A DNA stretch of 64,000 nt from Camelus dromedarius (taxonomy: Eukaryota), in NCBI RefSeq assembly GCF_036321535.1, contig NC_087436.1:42100001-42164000 (forward strand), read 5' to 3'. Every line of letters starts with the position of its first letter. Position 1 is the first letter of the stretch. Shown piece after piece: positions 50,521 to 62,139 of the stretch. The translations under genes were made by a program, and so were the position numbers. The notes beneath the pieces are model-generated. The model was given only the letters and a program-made list of their open reading frames with translations, made no database searches and had not been told where the DNA came from.

Positions 50521-51159
50521 AGGCAGAGGAATTGACTTTTGATGGGAACTGAGATATCATGTGTTTTAACAATTATCAAGGCAAAAAGGATGTAGATACA
50601 GAAGCAGGGAAGGCTGGTGGATTTGATGTAGAGTACGTGAGGAAATTCATGACTATTTCTATTTCCTGAAAGAAGTATGATGTAAAAGCATCATCTGAAC
50701 CTGAGAGAGAAGAGGGACTGTAGGAGGATTAATAAAAGAGAATGCAACAATAGAAAATCTACTAAGAAAGGATAAAAGGCAGTGTTGACAACCCAGTTAA
50801 GATTGGGACCATGTGTGTAATGAAAGACTGACCAGCACTGTGGTGTCCTCTAGCAATAGTCAGCTGTTCTGGTGCCAGTGTAGAGCAGGGAAATAAACTT
50901 TCCCAGAGAGTAAGCAGACAGTGTTGGTTTTTCCCAGAAGAGTTTGATGAAGATTCACATCTGAAAGTTGGTGCAGTGGTTAGAGTATAATATAGAAATG
51001 AGCCTTTGCTGGACTAAAGTGAGAATTTCTTGTCTTCACTACATGCCCCTCTCTCAGAATAAGAGAACTTGTACTTTGTATGTACAATACATTTAGAGCT
51101 ATCACTCTCACAAAGTCCAGGATTGAGAAATTGTTGCATTTAAAAAGTTTGGGATTTGA

Positions 51160-51266
51160 GGGGGAAGGGTATAGATCAGTGGTAGAGCGTGTGCTTAACA
51201 TGCACAAGGTCCTGGGTTCAATCCCCAGTACCTCCATTAAAGTAAAATTAAAAAAAAATTTTTTTT
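51160..51266 (+). mobile_element. tRNA-derived SINE (camelid-type)
   Basis: A box (tagatcagtggtagag), B box (ggttcaatcc), A-rich tail, target duplication aagtttgggattt. Confidence 0.85.
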
Positions 51267-52060
51267 AAGTTTGGGATTTCTAATTCATATTATAAGCATT
51301 TTTGTGGGTTCAACAAAGTGAATCACAGCAAGTTGTCCTTTCCTATTCTCTAGGATCCCCAAAACTCCTGGGGATCTTCCATTCCTCCAGCATGACAGAG
51401 TCTTTCATATCATGCCATCTGATGTTTTATATGTAGTCAGCGTTCCTCTTCCAGTTCTCAAATGGGTAGCTCTTGTTTGGTTTCTTGAGCTACTAGAAGT
51501 CATTCTTTTTATATTTGTCATTGTCACTGTGGCTATTTTTTAACAGAGTTGGTCGAAACGACATTTGAGAAGACTAATTATACTAGAATTCTCAACCTGG
51601 GCCCGTTCTACCACATCACACTTCCGAAAACCTCTTGCTATCAAGCGTACTGTTAGACAGTAAGGCCTTTGTGCCAAAGACAATGTCTTATTCAACCTGG
51701 TAGCCACGTACATAGTCCTGTGCCTGGCACAGAGTGGATACTCAATAAATGTGTCTTTGAAAAAACAAAGAAGTGAATTATCCTTCTGAGGAGTCACACA
51801 CACAAAGCACTGAGCCAAGTGGGGAAAAGGAAATGAAACATTAACCTGTGAGAACATGTAGGCATTTTACTGTGTTTGTAACTGAAAACAGCATGGAATG
51901 AAACATTGTGTTCCAGATCACTTAGTGAGGTGATTATAGACTTAGAGTGATAATTTAGACCCACATTTTGTTTGCCTCGCTATTCACCAAGTATGTGGCT
52001 ATTCATTTTCTCACATCACTTATACCAGGATCACTGACTGTTCTGCTCTCTTTAAAAAAG

Positions 52061-52162
52061 CTGTTCCAGAGCCAGCATCACAAGATCCTAAAGATGTGGT
52101 AGATTCTGGAATATTAGAAGAGAAGCCCAAGATAATCATTTCATTCATAAAGAATCTTACAG
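52061..52162 (+). CDS. EFCAB14-like gene, exon 8 (AVPEPASQDPKDVVDSGILEEKPKIIISFIKNLT)
   Basis: Consensus donor CAG|GTAAGT; acceptor ends at 52060, with an in-frame alternative at 52069; phase 1->1, open; NLT sequon. Confidence 0.85.
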
Positions 52163-52979
52163 GTAAGTTTCACAATCTGACATAAAGCTAGTGCCCGTGC
52201 ATATCGTCCAGAAAAGACTCAGCAGGTAAGAGGTAGTTTGTCTCCAAACCACCTGTCTTATTTTTAGTAATATCTATCCTGTAAATACTAAGTATCAAGA
52301 TTTTAATTATATGTATGTATACTTATTCTTTTGCCCAAACATTCAATATATTTTTATATGTTTAACCCTAAAATAACTCTAGGGCTAGGGATGACCAAAA
52401 AGTATAATTTCTTCATTTTGTCTGCAGGGCTATGTTATAGTTTATTCTGTAAAATGAAAGCAAACATTATATGCACTTAAATAATTGGTATCCAAGTTTT
52501 AGAGGGATAAACGTAACCACGCTAAGACTGTGAGTGAAATTTGTCCACTTATTAAAACTTTTGGTGACTTGTGTATTATCAGGATGTTCATGAGTAATCT
52601 GTTAATATTGATTTATAAAAAGATAGGAAGCCTTCCAACATGAGGGAAATGGTGATTAAAGAACTTAACAAAATGACCAGGTTGCCTGCCTTTTGTTATT
52701 ATTTCATTTTACGTTTTCTACTAGGGTTAAAATAATATATTTGCATTTATTTGTATTTTTAAATAATATTTTTATTGAGATGTAATTGATATGCCAAAGA
52801 TTATAGCATATAATTATATACACAGTGTATAAAATCATGGTAAACTTGGCATACTGAATTCATATTTTCCAATAAACATGGAATGCCTTACTTTGTAACA
52901 TCTCTAACTTAAGCAGGACAACAAGGAAGAAAGGCAATACTACACAGATAGTGTCAAAAATAAGGCTATCTTTGTTACT

Positions 52980-53066
52980 ATTTTTTTTAATGGAAGTACT
53001 GGGGATTGAACCCAGAGCCTTGTGCATGCTAACCATATGCTCTACCACCAAGTTATTACTTTCCCC
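52980..53066 (-). mobile_element. tRNA-derived SINE (camelid-type)
   Basis: Reverse-strand copy of the same family as 51160-51266. Confidence 0.85.
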
Positions 53067-53149
53067 GCAAGGTCATCTTTAAAGGATCAAGAATAATGTG
53101 GACTCAAGAAAAAAACAGAGCCTCTCCCAGTCTTCCCCTAGACTTCCCC

Positions 53150-55300
53150 CAGAGGGAATTAATTGATTATTTGTGAACTTATTCTGTGCTGGACACTGAC
53201 TATACATCAATGAACAAGACAGATGTGGCTCCTGCCATGAATGACTCAAAGCTCAGTAGGGGGGAGAAGAAAATAAACATGTGCTTAATGCTAGGAGAAT
53301 GCTAGAAAGGGGGTTCTTACTTGAGACAAAGTGGTCAAAAGGTAACAGTTAAGTATATTTTGTCTCATCATACGTAAATTTAGCCCTATTCCAACCCTGA
53401 ATTCTCATCCCAGATCCTAACATGTGCTGACATGGAAACAGTAGGGCAAAAAAGAATGAGAATGCTCTTTCATTCATTCAGCAAACACTTAAGTGTGTTT
53501 CCTGGGTCTCAGGTCTGTGCTAAGTGCTTGGAATACAGATATAAAAAGTGTTTCTAATACAATGTCTATAGTGGAGAAACTGATATATGAATAATTACGA
53601 TGAGCAGCCATGAGCACAGAAAACCATAAGAGAAATTTGGGGCAGAAAGGCATCACTCAGACTAAGAAGTCTTGACTTAAAAGGTAGCATCTGAGCTGGT
53701 AGTTGAAGAGGAAAGAGCCCAGGGAAGGGTGAGGACAGAGTTGAGAAGAGATGAAAGAAATACTAAAGCTCATATGTATTAGAGAGGGTAGAATACACAG
53801 GACAGATTGCAAGTAGTTCCATTTGTCTGGTGAGTTGGTGCAGTAAGTGGCAAGAAATACCTTTGGGGATCGTGCCAAGCACCACATAATGAAAGGGTTA
53901 GTATGCCAATCTAGGTTTTATCTTATTATAAACAGGGATCTATTTAATTAAAGACTTTTGAGTAATAAGAAGTAACATGATCAAATGTGCATATTTAGAC
54001 AGATTATTCCTTAAGTAGAAGGGTAATAGCTTGTTAAAAAGGAAATCTGGAAGCAGGAAGAAAAATTAGGGAGGAGCGGCAGTAAGTCAAGCTAAGAGAT
54101 AACCCTCTGAACTAAGGCAGGGATGAAAGGGCAGAGACTCAACAGACACCAGGAAGATAGAATTAACAAGAATGGGTGGAGGTGGTGAGTAAAGAAGGCA
54201 TCTAAAATAATTGCAGGGTTCATGGCTTGTGTGATTTATTGACGTGAATGTCATAACCAAGAGAGGACACGAGGAAGAGGAAAAGATGAGAACAGAGACA
54301 AGAAACAACTGATATTGTGTTCTACATGCCAAGCACTTTCCTTCTGCCCCCATTTAATTCAATCTTTATTTGTGGCTAAATCTTGAATGTGTTTCTCTGG
54401 CCAAGTTTTCATTCCTGAGTTCCAGAGTTGTATATTCAAACGCCTCCTATATATTCTCATTTGCATATTTTGAGGACGTGACAAGAATGAAGAATTCCAA
54501 AGTGAAGTTTAGATAATTTAATTTAGGCACTAAGAGGGAATGTGTGCAAATTTTGCTTATTGTTTGTTTTGTCAGATTGTTATTTTTTTCACTGAAACTG
54601 CAGAAAGGAAGGAAAGGTAGGTATGGATACAAATGAGTTAGGAGAAATGACAGGCTGTGAAGGAACACTTGCTTCTGCGCATTATTTTTTTCAGTAGAGT
54701 AAAAGCAGGCTTATCTGCTGGACCCAATGGGGGTCAAATGACAAGTTAAAAGACCCGAGGGGAAAATGATGAAAGTTGAAATGGTTATGGAGAATAAGAG
54801 AGCTGAAATGGAACAAATCAAATGATAAGGAGGTATCACTGATAGGCCGGCTAAAATGAAGAGCTGGATTTTTTAGTATCATCAACCCACGTGGCTGTTT
54901 GATTTTTGCCAGCATTGCCTACAAATCTGGGTCTAGGAGTGGAGAACACAGGTGGTTGGGTTGACCCAGGATTGGACTTTGGACAGATGCAGCAGAAATG
55001 TAAAGAAAGAGTTTGTCAGTCTACACAACAGAATGTTTAAGTCAAGGATCAAAGGTCCAGGCTTACTTTCAAAAAACAAAACGAAATGAAACAACTTACA
55101 AAAAGAACCTTTTAGATAGAGAGAAAATGGAAAAGTTATGGAACCTGGATGCCAATGAAGTGCAGTAGAACTGGGTACTGGGGTAACAGGAGGCTAAGCC
55201 GGAGAGTGAGATCCTACAGTAGAACATTTCAGAAATGGAGCGTCCCTGTGACAAAGAGCTCAGATTTGGCTCGAGGTGATAACTGCAGAGGAAAAGAAGA
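53150..55300 (-). mobile_element. L2-derived region (several fragments)
   Basis: ttcattcattcagcaaacactta L2 terminus at about 53470 and degenerate purine-rich L2 body. Confidence 0.55.
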
Positions 55301-56202
55301 AAAGGTCAGTGGCTTTGACAACACCAAGCAAATATTATACTAATTTGTCCGATGGCCCATTCACTATTTGGAAAAACCTTAAAGGCCACTAATCCAACCT
55401 CCTTAAAAGAAACTTATATTCAAGTGTAACTGTCCATAAATCTTGGCCAAGCAGCTGTCAACCTAAGCATGAAGTAGTGACCCCAAATAGAACGTCCTCT
55501 AGGAATGATATCACTCACGTTCTCTAAAGTGAGTGTGAAATGAAGTCTGTGATACCTTTGGTTTGTTGAACATCAATGATATTTGCATATCATAGTTTGC
55601 ATTTTTTACTTTACTTTCAGAAGAAAATTGTGGGTATGATTTGGAGAGAAGAAACTTTGGATTCTCTCCTGGTCGAAAGCGCTTGAACAAAACTTCTAGC
55701 GGGAGGAGCAGTGGAGGATGTGGCTGAGGTTCCCTTGGAGCTGACATTTAAATCACTTTTCATTGCACAGGCGTGATGCCAGTCTCAGCTTTCCCAGCGC
55801 AGCTACTGCTGTTCAGCCAGCTCTGTTATCTTAAATGCCCAGGTTTGGCAGCTTATCAGACAGCTAAAGCCTGTTTTTTTAACCTTCATATAAATGCATC
55901 CTTGGACTTAATATGGAACCAAACGTAATTCAAAATATCAATAGCTATACTTGTAGTTTTGAATCTATTAGATGATTCTACCATTCTCAGCCTCTATGGG
56001 AAAAAAAAAAAACTCAAAGCTGCTCGCATCCCCAGCCTTTTTTATTTTTTTCTCACTTTCTCCAAAATTAAGTCAGAATCGAGAAAAAAAAAGTTTAGTT
56101 TCCCTTCCTCCCTGAGGAGTGTCACTTATTGGCAGCTGCAGGGATACAACAGGCCCATTGAGGTCACACAAGCTAATCAAACCTGAGTAAAGTGTTAGAA
56201 GA

Positions 56203-56276
56203 CACAACATTATAAACTGACTATACTTCAATAAAAAAAAAAAACCTTTAAAAATAAAGAATAAATAAAATTTTTT
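56203..56276 (+). mobile_element. extremely 5'-truncated L1 (about 30 nt of terminus plus A-rich tail)
   Basis: cacaacattataaactgactatacttcaataaaa between 15-bp repeats taaagtgttagaaga (56188, 56277). Confidence 0.8.
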
Positions 56277-58452
56277 TAAAGTGTTAGAAGATACATGTAG
56301 ACGCTTCCTGGAATTTTCCTGAAAACTTTCTGAACTTTATAGCCTAACTCGATTCACCCACTGGCAGAGAAGTCATTGTATCCGAGAAGAGAGCTCACTA
56401 TAGAATTAATCGTCAGATGTCACAATAGCTTCATTTCCCACACGTGGTTCCTTCAACCGCCCTGAGGTTGGGTTTGCCCAGCCGTCCCTTCCGTGCTCTG
56501 GGGAAGCTTTAGCAGTCACAGCTGACCTGATGCTGGGACCCGGGTTTGGTGTTTGGAATACAAGCTTTTGTGAAATGGAGATGAGTAAAAACCGTAATAA
56601 CTGCTAAAACAGTGCCCGAACTGTAGGAAGGAAACAAGCGCTAACTGGATGATATGCATGGCGAACTTTAAATTCCCTAAAAATTGTAATATGGAACATT
56701 CAATCGTTATATTTCTTGTATATTATTGTCATTGCCATAGTGATTCCTCTTTTTCTCATGGACAACGTCATGTCGTAATCTCTGTACGTGCGTTTAACCC
56801 ACGACTGCCTAGATAGTCATAAAGCTCACTCCGTCCCTGTCATTCTTGAGTACTCTCTCAGTCCCTATTCCTCGGCATTTGTTTTTCTTTATCATGTTAA
56901 GTAAAAACTAATGTATAAATTATTGCTTTTGCTAAATCCTTTCATTACCTGAACATACTCGTTCATATTTTCAGACGAAAAAATGTTCATTTCTTTTCCT
57001 TCAAACTAGCAAAGAAGTTGTCACAACTATCACACTACTTTGCAGATTTCCTAAGCCAAGCAAAAGTAAACTTAAGGGTGTTATTGTTTGGTCTTTTTCT
57101 ACAGTTTAGCAGGATAGAAGGGCCTTTACATTACATCAAACGCTCTGTAATGCAGGAAACTTGACACCAGCAGTGGTGAGAGCTGTTCTGTAGGGCCAGG
57201 TATTCGGCACTGGGGTCCGGACACGGGCGTCCCAGGAGAGACGCTGCACAGCTAATGCGGAGCGGACTGTTTGGCGGTGATCAACTGAAGAGCCAAAGAG
57301 AAGACTGTTGTCAGAAAATATTTTTCCTTAGTATGGTGGTCATCTCTCCTTCGCCACATACACTCTTGTCAGAACAAGCTACTGGCAGTTTCTTAATATG
57401 CTCCACTCCTCCACAAGTTAACGCCGTTGACCGTAGGATCATGCCCTCCAAAAATCACCTCTAACCACTTCTCTGCCTGGTGCATTTCTGTCCATTCTTT
57501 ATAATTCAACCAAACCAAGCCCTGAGTGGAACGCTCCCTCGTTCTCCTCTATGCCTCAATGGCACATTGTCTGCACCTACATTACAACAGATATTCCACT
57601 GTTTGCTGAAACGTCTTAATTGCTGATTTTGTCTCCTTGAAGTCAGGGTCTATGCCTTCTTCACCCTTGTATTCTCAGTGTCACATACCGTGCCTGGCAC
57701 TTTAGAAACACAGAAAACAATGTATGATTGTGCTTTAATAAAGGCAGTACTTAGAGCAGTGAGATGGAGAGGATAATAAGAATACTGACAAAGGGATGTT
57801 ATTTAGTGGCCTTATAAATGGAGGAACAACATTTGATTATGTATAAATTAAAATAAATGTTGTAGATGACATCCAGCTTAGCAGAAGAGACGTCCGTATG
57901 TTCAGAATTGACAGCAAAAAGAGGGGGCTACTTTTGATGTAGCATGAAGAAATGTTAGAAAAATAGGAGGTAGGACGTGAATACAAGCAAATAAGTAAAG
58001 GATTTGGGATAGAAAGATCATTAGAATTTAGTCAGATGGATGTTTTTCGTAGAGAATAAAGACCAATAGATATATCAAAAACTGTAGTATACATAAAGAA
58101 GAATATTCCATTAAAAGGCTTATATTAATCAATGAGGCAAATAGAAAACAATAAAAACACTGAGTTTATGGTTTACTTATAAAACACCATGAGAACACAG
58201 ATAACAGGATAACAAGTATAGGAAATGATCAGATAATTCAGAGTAGAATGAAGAGACATGATAAGCTGGTGTTAAAAGAAAGGTAAAAATTGACTGACTT
58301 GTTAAAGAGATGTGCAGCAAAATGACCTTGCTGTGTCTGAGGGACAGAGACCCTAAGCCGGTGGGGACGAAGTGCTGTGTTGGAGGGTGGTCGATGTTTG
58401 GGTTGACACCAAAAATCTGAGTTGAAACATGCAAAGTCTTTCATTTCCACAG

Positions 58453-58629
58453 ATCTTCAAATCTTTTTCTATGGTGCTGACCACAATGCCAACGGCTATT
58501 TGACTTACAGTGAGATAGAGAGCCTCCTAGGAGAAGAGACACCAGCACAAGAGCAACTAGAGCTATTTGATGCTGACAACAACAAGACGTTCTCCTACCC
58601 TGAACTTATCAGAGCATTTGGACTGACTG
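58453..58629 (+). CDS. EFCAB14-like gene, exon 9, two EF-hands (DLQIFFYGADHNANGYLTYSEIESLLGEETPAQEQLELFDADNNKTFSYPELIRAFGLT)
   Basis: Acceptor tcatttccacag|, phase 1. Loops DHNANGYLTYSE and DADNNKTFSYPE fit the 12-residue EF-hand pattern. Colinear with the EFCAB14 C-terminus as recalled (DLQDLF...GKLTYQEI...FDSDGDGRYSFLELRVALG). Donor CTG|GTAAGG, or read-through to a stop at 58659-58661. Confidence 0.92.
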
Positions 58630-59535
58630 GTAAGGGGCTTCAGGGGCTGGAACACTGGTGAGGCTGGGGGACAGGGAGCCTGGAACAATGTTCTGTGTAA
58701 CAGCCCCAAACTAAGCAATCCACAGCTTAACATTTTTAGTTCACAACTGACTCCAAAAGCAAAGATTATAAGAAAACCTCGAAATTATCAGACAGAACAT
58801 CCCATTCTGAATGCTGTGATAAATGGGAAAACAAGTCATTCAGTTTAATTGCATGAATAGAGGGTTTCCTTAACCTCTAACCAGAAGGGAGGTTAAGGAA
58901 AGGCACAGTGATCTGTCATCCTCTGTACTTGCTACAAGGATTTTAGGATGATACTCTTAAGGCTGGAACTTTAAAGCTCAAGTAGTATAGAGCAATGAGG
59001 TGAAAAGAAAACTGGAAGGCCACTATCCGTGAGATAGAATAAAAAGTGACAGCAATGTAAGTGACATGAAATCGTACAGAATCTAAAAACACCTCTTAAA
59101 TTGTACTATTTCCCTCATCTGCTTCTTTTCTATTTAGTTTTTATACACTCTGTTGTGGAAGGAATTCCACATTTACAATAAATACCTAGGAGTAGTTTCT
59201 TAACCAGTGATGTTAGGAACAGCAGGAGGAAATACGGACAGCTATAAAAAGGAAGTGTTTGATCAATAAACTGAGAAAATTTCAATGGGGAAAAAAAGTA
59301 AAAGAGAAACTTTTCCAGATCTTCATTCTTTTGAAGAGATATTAGCGCTAACATCGGAAGCTGATGGGTTAATAGAACCCAGTTGGCCATGAGACAATAT
59401 TCCATGTAATCAAATGCTAGATTTAATCTATTTACTTTCAGAATCAGAGGATAATAAATTATTAAATTGCTGTCATTTCCTTCTTGCTTGAAAAAATGAA
59501 CAATAGCAGACAGGTGTTTTGCATTTCTCCATCTC

Positions 59536-59562
59536 CACACACACACACATATATATACACAC

Positions 59563-59602
<40 letters not shown>

Positions 59603-59606
59603 ACAC
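59536..59606 (+). repeat. compound (CA)n(TA)n(CA)n microsatellite
   Basis: Seen directly. Confidence 0.95.
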
Positions 59607-61954
59607 GCTGATGCTCCCTGTCCCTCCAGTGCTCTGGAATCACATCTGTTCACGCTGAAAATGGCATCACTGAAACATCCATGACACGATAGGACCCACA
59701 CGGCTGTCGATGCCTGGATATTGCCAAAGTCTTGCATTTGCCCAATCCCGTTGACTTCCCTGCATCCCATATTCAGGACCTTTAAAGGTGTTTGCTTGGT
59801 TTTATTGCTTCCCACCTTCATTTTGGTGAAAACAACAGCAACAACAATTTAAAAAAATAAAGACAATAACAACAAAAAAGATGGGCTATTATTTAAAAAA
59901 CAAATTGCACAGTTGGAGGAACCATTCATCCAGAGCATGAGAGCCATTCTGAGGTAGTTTTTGATCTGAAACAGCTGCCTCCTTCCCCGGGTGTCCTTGC
60001 TTTGCTCTCTGTCTGCTGCTGTGGGGAAGGTAAGTGCTCTGCCAACCTGGCTTGAGAGAGGGATTTGCCTGCCTGCCACCTGTCAGGCCTGGGCCTTTCT
60101 CTGGCTCTGCCTGACAGCTGGCTGCATTTCCAGCATCTTCTGTTAATATCAGGGGTACGGGTGACGCTAAATCAATGAGAGTTAGAGAACCAGAGATACA
60201 ATGCTGCCTGGTGCAGAAGATCCTTTTTGGAGCCCTAGTAATGAATATAGGCAGGCTCCCACCGGAGAAAGATAAGGTCTCTGTTTGTACAAACCTGTTG
60301 TATAAAAATGTTAATTGACCAAGTGGGAATTAAGAAAGGGTACACACTGCTTGATAGTTTAAAGATCACTAAGCTACGCCCCCAGACCAGGTCACAGGGT
60401 CCCCTAACCAGAGGGCCAGGCGGCGCCCTGCCCAGTGTAGCGTTCCTTCCAAACCTGCAGAGAAGCACCATCTGCACATTACTGTTTCCGATGGACCTTC
60501 CATCCTGAGTGGCATTCAGCTCGTGCAGACAATAGATTTTTCAACACAGTTGAACATTTTCTCAATCTGGCATTCCGTAATTTGGAACACTTGAACCTCC
60601 AGTTGTGTTTCCACACTCCATTTAAGAAACAGAGGCATTGTTAAACCCATAAGCACAATCTATACGCCGTGTTTCTGGAAATGGTAGGGCAACTTAGAAA
60701 TCACTGAACAGTAGAAAACCCAGAAGAAGAAACCAAAAGCTTGGAAACAAGAAGAGGGGAAGCAGGAAAGGGAGGAAGGCAGGTTGTACAATATGTCACA
60801 TGAACTCTGGAATCACACGCAATCCTTAAGTTACTTGTGCTTTCACAAATGGCCAGACTGACTTAGCCATTCTCTTGGATCTGTGAATCTACCCAGAGGT
60901 ACGTGAGTCAGTTTCTTCCTCGCTCTCACTTCTTGAGACCCCACATTGAGAAACTGTCAGTTGAATTCATTGCAAGAGATGTTACTCATAACTAGGATCT
61001 AGTTTAAACTTCTAAATCTCAAACTGGTTTTTATTCTAGAATAAATAAGAAGAGGGGAGTTCCAGAAAGAAGAATATACTCAGAGTAGTAGCTTGATTTT
61101 ATTTTACAATAAGTTCATCCTGTTTCACAATATTGTAGCAAGAAGTGTCACCGAGGTACGTCTGACTTAGATGCTAAAAGTCTCTAGTTCTTTTGAACAT
61201 GATTCGGTGGCAAAGAGTTTTTTGTTTCTTCAAATAGACTTTAAGTCCGTAATACTGTCACTCCTTTAAAAAAAAAAGCAGAGTAAGAATTTTTGGTTTC
61301 AGTTTTTAGAATTTAATTCTAAAAAATTGTTTAATATAGCTTAGATGCTAACTACACACATGCACACACACAGGTTAGTATTAGCATTATGTATTTTTTC
61401 TCACACATATATAATTTGTATTTGCTTTTTTTTTTCTATTGGACAACGCTTGAGCCAGTTGTTTACATTGGCATATTTAAGTACCTAGAACCACCTTCTT
61501 GTTCATAAGTTGAACTTGTTATATCCAGAGGGAGTCAGAGTTGGAAGCAGAATTGATGATTTGTGTGATTTCACAGCCTTGGGCTTTTCTAGACACCTGG
61601 TCTCTACCAGTTCCTTCGATGTGTGAACAAAATGCATAGACGTCACCCAGAAACACAACATCACACATCATCGTTAACATGGAATTTAATGTTACATGGT
61701 ATTTATCTGGTATGTTTATACTCAAAGTTACCATTTTCTGCTAAAAGTAAGGAATACCATCACAGTTCCATGAGGGCATCTAAAGCAGAATTAGCATAAA
61801 TATAGAAAATTCTTCCTTTCTAACATTTTAGTTATTTGACATTGTATCGCAGTGCTAAGAGTAACAGAGCCTTCAATATCAAAATTATGTTTGTATCTAG
61901 GATCTCAATAAGAAACTTTTTTGTTATGTTGTCTTTTACTTATTTTTGACCTAG

Positions 61955-62139
61955 ATGGAAAATTGATCATAATATTAGGACTGACTCATGGCTTAGTGGA
62001 CATTTCCTTTTCAAAGTGTGGATATTATATTGAATTTAAAGTAACTCTGCCTTAGTAATAAGAAATGATCACTTATTGCACAAAATAGGGTCACTGAGAG
62101 TAAAAACTAATTGTAGATAGAAACTAACATAGCAATAAA
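61955..62139 (+). CDS. candidate terminal exon of the EFCAB14-like gene (DGKLIIILGLTHGLVDISFSKCGYYIEFKVTLP*, stop at 62053-62055) with poly(A) signal
   Basis: Long pyrimidine tract plus cctag|; open in phase 1; AATAAA at 62134-62139. A competing acceptor lies near 59137. Confidence 0.4.

Noticed and set aside
51160..51236. tRNA gene
   Set aside because: The A-rich tail, target-site duplication and a second degenerate copy indicate a SINE.
59130..59821. Long ORFs with VCVC/THTH runs
   Set aside because: Translations of the CA/TG microsatellite.
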